A DNA stretch of 55,311 bases, filler included, from Trypethelium eluteriae (taxonomy: Eukaryota), in NCBI GenBank assembly GCA_051942245.1. It is 3 parts of 3 records of this genome, joined end to end, with 100 filler letters (N's around TTAATTAATTAA, not from the genome) between each part and the next. Parts side by side here need not be neighbours in the genome. Positions count along the whole stretch, not along the records: positions 36,967 to 55,311 come from JAVECL010000570.1; 2 more parts are not named here. One strand, written 5' to 3'. The notes under the pieces were generated by a model. The model was not told the DNA's origin, did no database searches, and saw only the letters and a list, made by a program, of their open reading frames with translations. This document shows positions 50,151-55,311 of this stretch, piece after piece; position 1 is the stretch's first letter; every line of letters begins with the position of its first letter. The position numbers were made by a program, and so were the translations under genes.

Positions 50151-51833
50151 ATGACTTCCTTCACGAAGTTGACGGAGGAGCAGCAGCCATACATCTATAT
50201 CAATGCAGTAAACAAATTAAACAAGATCAACGACAATATTTATGGCGGCTTCACAGAGTATGATGCTGAAGTAGTTTCTGTCCGCAAGTGCTCACAGTAC
50301 TCACCTGCTTCCCAGACATATGGGCCGCTGCATCTACGGTGTCCGTCATCGCCCGTTTCCTCGGCTTTTCCAGCCCCTACTGATCAACAGTGAAGGGCAT
50401 CTACGACCCAGACTCTCACCTTTCCGACTCCCACGGCTTCCGCACCGACGTCATCTCCGCCCTCCGCGAGCTCTCCGTCCCCGTAATCCGCTACCCCGGC
50501 GGTAATTTCACCGCCACCTACCACTGGCAAGACGGAATCGGCCCGCGCTCTTCGCGTCCCTCACGACCGTCTCTCGCATGGGCCGGGTACGAGTCCAACG
50601 CCTTCGGTACGGATGAATTCATGCTCTGGTGCGAGAAGGTCGGCGCACAACCATTCCTATGTCTGAACTTTGGGACGGGGACGCTAGATGAGGCGTTGGC
50701 GTGGCTCGAATACTGCAATTCCGATCAGAACACGTATCATGCGAATCTTCGGAGACAGAACGGGCGGGAGAAGCCATGGGGGGTCAAGTACTGGGCGTTG
50801 GGGAATGAGGTCTGGGGCCCGTGGCAGGTGGAGCAGATGAGCAAGGAGGCGTATGCGACGAAAGCGTATCAGTGGGCGAAGGCGCTGAAGCTGTTGGATC
50901 CGAGTATAGAGCTGGTATTGTGTGGAGAGACGGGGTATTCGAGCTGGGATGTGTATGTGCTGAAGGAATGTGTAAGGTGGAGTTTGCACGACCTTGGGGG
51001 AAGTACGACGGCCAGCTTGATTGCGATGCACAGTATCCATATATATACGGGATCGGAGGAGCACTTTCCAAACGTAACAGCACCCTTATCGGCTGAGAGG
51101 GCAATCGAGATGGCGGCCGGGTTCATTGACTTGGCAAGAATTGAGAACGGCGTGCCGCATACGATACCGAGACAGACAATATGTTTTGATGAATGGAATG
51201 TGTGGATGCCGGACAGGGCTCCAGGTAGATTATCACTGAGCTGCGCGACAAGATCTGGACTAATAATATCTAGGTGAGCAGGGTGCTGAAGAAAGGTACA
51301 CCCTTTCTGATGCTCTCGCAGTCGGTGTCTGGTTGAACGTCCTCGTGCGTCAATCGAAGTATATTGGAATGGCCACCATCGCGCAAAACGTCAACGTCAT
51401 TGCGCCGCTTCTAACTACTGCCGAAGGTCTTGTCAAGCAAACGACGTGGTGGCCGCTGTGGCTGTTCAGCAGATATATGCGAGGCCATCTTCTGGCGGTC
51501 AATGTCCGTTGTCCTGAGTATGAGGGCCCGACTCAGCCTGAATGGATCCGTGGGACGGTTGCTACGCCTTTCTTGGATGTGAGTGCAACAATCAACGAAG
51601 ACAAAATAGTGAGCATGGTTGTTGTGAACATTCACGACAGTAGAGACTTTGAGACACCATTGGAAGGCGTTACTGCTGGAGATGTCCAGATTTACCACGT
51701 CACTGGTGAGAGCTCCAAAGTGGGCAATACCCAAGAGAAGACAGAGGTAAAAGTCGACGAAAGCAGATGGGACGGAAAAGGACCGTTCATCTTCCGCAAA
51801 CATTCCATCTACATGTTGCGGTGGCAGACGTGA
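50151..51833 (+). CDS. GH51 alpha-L-arabinofuranosidase without signal peptide (intracellular type), about 506 aa
   Basis: Exons 50151-50257, 50316-50340, 50396-51224, 51274-51833. FTEHMGRCIYGGIYDP, RYPGGNF, acid/base LGNEVWG, nucleophile FDEWNVW, AQNVNVI. Confidence 0.94.
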
Positions 51834-52014
51834 AGGCTTTCGGAGAAACTCAGTCGGAAAATGGAGCGGTGGCGCAACAGGTGTTGTCAACCAGTTTGCT
51901 GCTAAGAAGGCCGTTTGCTGAAAAACCCTTTCGTTCTGGTAATGGGTGAGTCCACCTTACCAAGTTGTCCGAAGGCGGCATAACATAGAATGATAGACCG
52001 TAGACTTTTTTTGA

Positions 52015-53218
52015 TTATAAATTGAGCTTCTTTTCCAGGTCATTCCATCTGCCCGTGCGTAGAGTATCCAACTCCTTCAACTGGTCAAGCCAATGTCGTA
52101 GGTCTTGTGTGGTAAACAATCGATTGCTGGCATCGAGCTCAAGATACAGTTCGGCGTACTGGAGAAGAGCTTGGTAAATCCATTTGCACTTCTCAGCGCC
52201 TTCCAACAAGTCCCGTGTGCCCTTGAATTCACGTTCGAGTAGATCAAGACGTTCGGAATTTGTTAGATCCGATACGAATGACTGCCGCCCCGCCGTAGGC
52301 ACAATATTCAGAATTAAGAGCTGGTGGTAACCCCACAGAGATTGGTCATAGGGATCCGTCCACAGTGCTTGCTCGATGAACTTGAATTCATCGTTCAGCC
52401 TTTTGCGGCGAGTTGTACTATCTGCCTGACAGCTGTCCAATAAGCGTGGAATAAGGTTGCCACGATAATGCCAGGCCGAGAAATTGGACAGGCTAGCTTT
52501 AATGACTTTCGTGGTGTACTCGAACTCCGATTCAGCCATATTCGTATCTTGAAGCTGCTCTAATTTGGCAATAACGGTCCGCCGATAGCCCCAACCGTGA
52601 AAATTGCGGCTATCAAGGCTCAGCATCTTGCCAACTAAGCTGAGTTCGCCCTGCCATAGTTTGAGGGCAGTCACCGTAGGTAATTGGGCTTGAGCTTGTT
52701 GGAGAAGCCAATCCCTATGATTCCAGAGCCAATAGCATTTTGGGTTCTTGAAAAATAAAGGAATTAGAAACTGGAGATCTGCGGTGATGAGTTCTTCCAC
52801 TACTTGTTGACGGGGCGAAAGAGCATCCGTCGCTTCAGATCCTGTAGACCCTCCGTTTCCTTGTTCCTGCTCAAACAGCCGTAGCAGTATCAGACGTCGA
52901 TAATTCCATAGCGTATAGTATTCTGGATTCAGCGAGACAAGTTTTGTTGTGAGGTCGAGCGCATCCAGAGAGAGATCATTCTCCGCTTTCTACACACTCG
53001 GTCAACCATCATTAATTGTCTTGCAAGATGTACAAGAACCTCTACCTTTTTATTGACGAGTTGCGATAGGCTCTTGTACTTCTCGATCTCTGTCAACTCT
53101 TGGCGACGCGCCTGCTCAGACTTTACGGCTGCTACTGCTGGTCGTGATACACCGTGCTGTTCCGACGCGTCAGCAACACCTTCAAGAAGCCGGCGATTTC
53201 CTCGCTCACACTTGCCAT
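52015..53218 (-). CDS. BET4: Rab geranylgeranyltransferase (type II) alpha subunit
   Basis: Exons 53218-53210, 53156-53046, 52989-52015. Starts MASHGVSR; PPTA repeats NPEYYTLWNYRR, NPKCYWLWNHR, DSRNFHGWGYR, SNFSAWHYR, DPYDQSLW. Confidence 0.93.
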
Positions 53219-53573
53219 CTCCGCAACGCTTCGTATGGAGATCCAACGATCAATCTTTTCAACCGAAGTTATCAAAAGCAGCGGTCGCGATGATGCTTGA
53301 CGAAATACCCGTTGGTGTAGGTGTCGAAGTAAGCGTGACGGTCCGATGCTTCGAGTGGCTGTTGCCTTTTGCGGATGCTTTTAGGCTCACCAGTGAAGAT
53401 GTCCCATCTCAGCATGCATGAAGGTTCCTTGTCGTTCCCTACATATCTTCTCTTTTTCAGATCTCAGTGCGATATTACTAACCCAACAGGTTCGTCACTC
53501 ATCGCTCTCAAAACTAAACGATTCTCCATCACAATTGGTGAAGCCCGCTCGTCCTGCTCTCGATGGGTCTCTG

Positions 53574-55311
53574 ATGGCTGTTGCATCACCTGAGAACCGT
53601 CGGGCGTTGCTCCGTATCCTGCTAGGGGTATTTCTGCTCGGCATCATTGTTACTTGCGTCGTGTGCGCCGGTGTGTTCTTGAAGCCTATGCAGAAGTGGG
53701 CCCATCTGAAGCACGTATCGAAACAACCCAGCGGCGACGAACGGTCGGGCGTGGTGGATTGTCTGACAATATCATTGGAGGAATGCTACCGGAAGATGAT
53801 TTTGATGGCCACTGGACACGCTCAACAGCATCATCATTAGTCCGTCAGTATTCGGATCGTTTCATCCCGGGTCGCAGATCTCCAACAGACGCTCGAAACA
53901 GTCTACACCTAAGCAAGCGACTATTTGAGCTTAACGATAACGAAAAAATCCTCTACAGACAGAACGTTGGCCGGGACCCATTCACTCCTCCTGTTCGCAA
54001 TGTACCGTTAGTGACAGAGCAACACCGGCAACTTCGAACACAGCGTCACTCAGTACCCGCCGGCCTCCCCACTCTTCCAAGCACGATAGGGTTCAACCGA
54101 TTGCATCAAGGAACTGGCCAACGAAGTATAAGCCAAGGAACTATTTGGAATGTAGGAGGGAGTAGTGCTGCTTCCGATCATCCCACTGGAGTCTTAGATG
54201 GGCGCGGCGGGCGTTTAGCAAGTGGAACAAACGCTCCGCTATATTCTTCCCAATTTCTATCTGGAACCGATGCCACGGCTGACCTGGACGCGCATGAGAG
54301 GCGACTTGCTTTGGCGCTTGACGTTGATAGAGACAGTAAAATTCTGAGTCCGCCTTCGAGCCCTCCTCTGTCCTCTAGCTCACCTTCATCATCGGCCTCA
54401 CCCGTTGGTAGCCCTCAAGCCTACCGTCCAGATTATGTGCAGCCGATCTGGCGGGATAGCCAATGGACTAAAGAAGACGTCGGAAACTGTTCGTACCGGA
54501 GTCTCGCAGTAACTAGTACTCGCTGACACAAGATCCTCCAAAGGTCCAAACCGTGTTCAGAAAACGCAGCGACAAGTTCCAATCATTCCGTTCAGATACG
54601 TATCTCAATCGCCTAATTGTCCTAAGCTTACTGATAGAGATGATACAGTTCTTGATGCCCCCTCTCTCCGTGACGACTATTACTGCTCTCTACTTTCCTA
54701 CTCTCCCACTGTGAAGTGCCTCGCCGTAGGCCTCGGGAGCCAAGTCTATCTCTGGTCCGAGTCCGAAGGCGTCAATTCCCCACCAGGTCTTAACAGTAAC
54801 GCCAATCATCATGCACACATCACCTCCCTCTCTTTCTCATCGACTCAAGGAGGCCAGGCAATCCTCGCGATCGGACGCGCCAACGGACGTGTCACTCTTT
54901 GGAGTCCGCTCGACGATGAACCCCGATTTGACTCTGACCAACCACACCCAGTCTCCTGCGTCGCATTCAATAACATACCAGTCAAAGGTCCTTCAGCACG
55001 AGATCCTGCTCTTCTCGTGAATCACGAAGAGCTCCTCGTTGGCGATGAAGTCGGGCACGTCTATCTCTACAAAATCGAATGGCCCTCGGAGCGAGACCGC
55101 AATCTATTCGGCTATCCCGGCGCCATGAATCTCATCGCTCGCCTCGCCGTACATGACCAGCAAATCTGCGGCCTTGCGTGGTCCGCCTCCGGCCACCTCT
55201 TCGCCACCGGCGGCAACGACAACACCTGCTGCCTCTTCGAAATCCGCAAGATCCTCGCATCCCACCAAGCACCCCACTCCCAAAAGACAGACGGGTCAAC
55301 CGACTCCACCC
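53574..55311 (+). CDS. Cdc20/Fizzy-family WD40 APC/C activator, AMA1-like (3' end outside window)
   Basis: C-box DRFIP; intron 54489-54543; PFR...VLDAPSLRDDYYCSLLSYS, LLVGDEVG, HDQQICGLAWS..FATGGNDN. Start is tentative: ATG 53574 with intron 53614-53693 fits the phase, otherwise ATG 53783. Confidence 0.82.

Noticed and set aside
53418..53840. 140-aa ORF with a hydrophobic stretch overlapping the AMA1-like 5' region
   Set aside because: Best explained as exon 1 plus intron read-through in another frame; no independent support.

Overview
Gene-dense, intron-containing genomic DNA of a filamentous ascomycete (Pezizomycotina-type GT-AG introns with CTRAY branch sites; I cannot name the species). 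Two artificial 100-nt spacers (N44-TTAATTAATTAA-N44 at 18387-18486 and 36867-36966) split it into three contig segments. I reconstructed 22 protein genes by hand. Most are housekeeping or signalling genes: TRM1 (partial), an SLN1-type hybrid histidine kinase, SCP2, Nup2 (partial), TRM10, complex I NDUFA13 and NDUFA11, UBP2, a GH47 mannosidase, LDB17 (partial), HbrB/BIT61 (partial), GON7, TSC13, RPS6, BET4 and an AMA1-like Cdc20 protein (partial). The others are a secreted short heme-thiolate peroxygenase, a PpoC-like dioxygenase-P450 fusion, a sugar porter/GH51 divergent pair, an F-box-like hypothetical and an intronless 799-aa Cys-motif orphan. I recognised no tRNA, rRNA, CRISPR array or intact transposon. 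The most unusual signals concern RNA processing: a candidate AT-AC intron in the AMA1-like gene, a Nup2 intron carrying a complement of its own 5' splice site, an AG|GT recursive-type site in UBP2, and structured long introns. There is also a recurring C-rich to G-rich strand-skew switch. All splice models and family calls come from visual reading and recalled motifs, not database searches.
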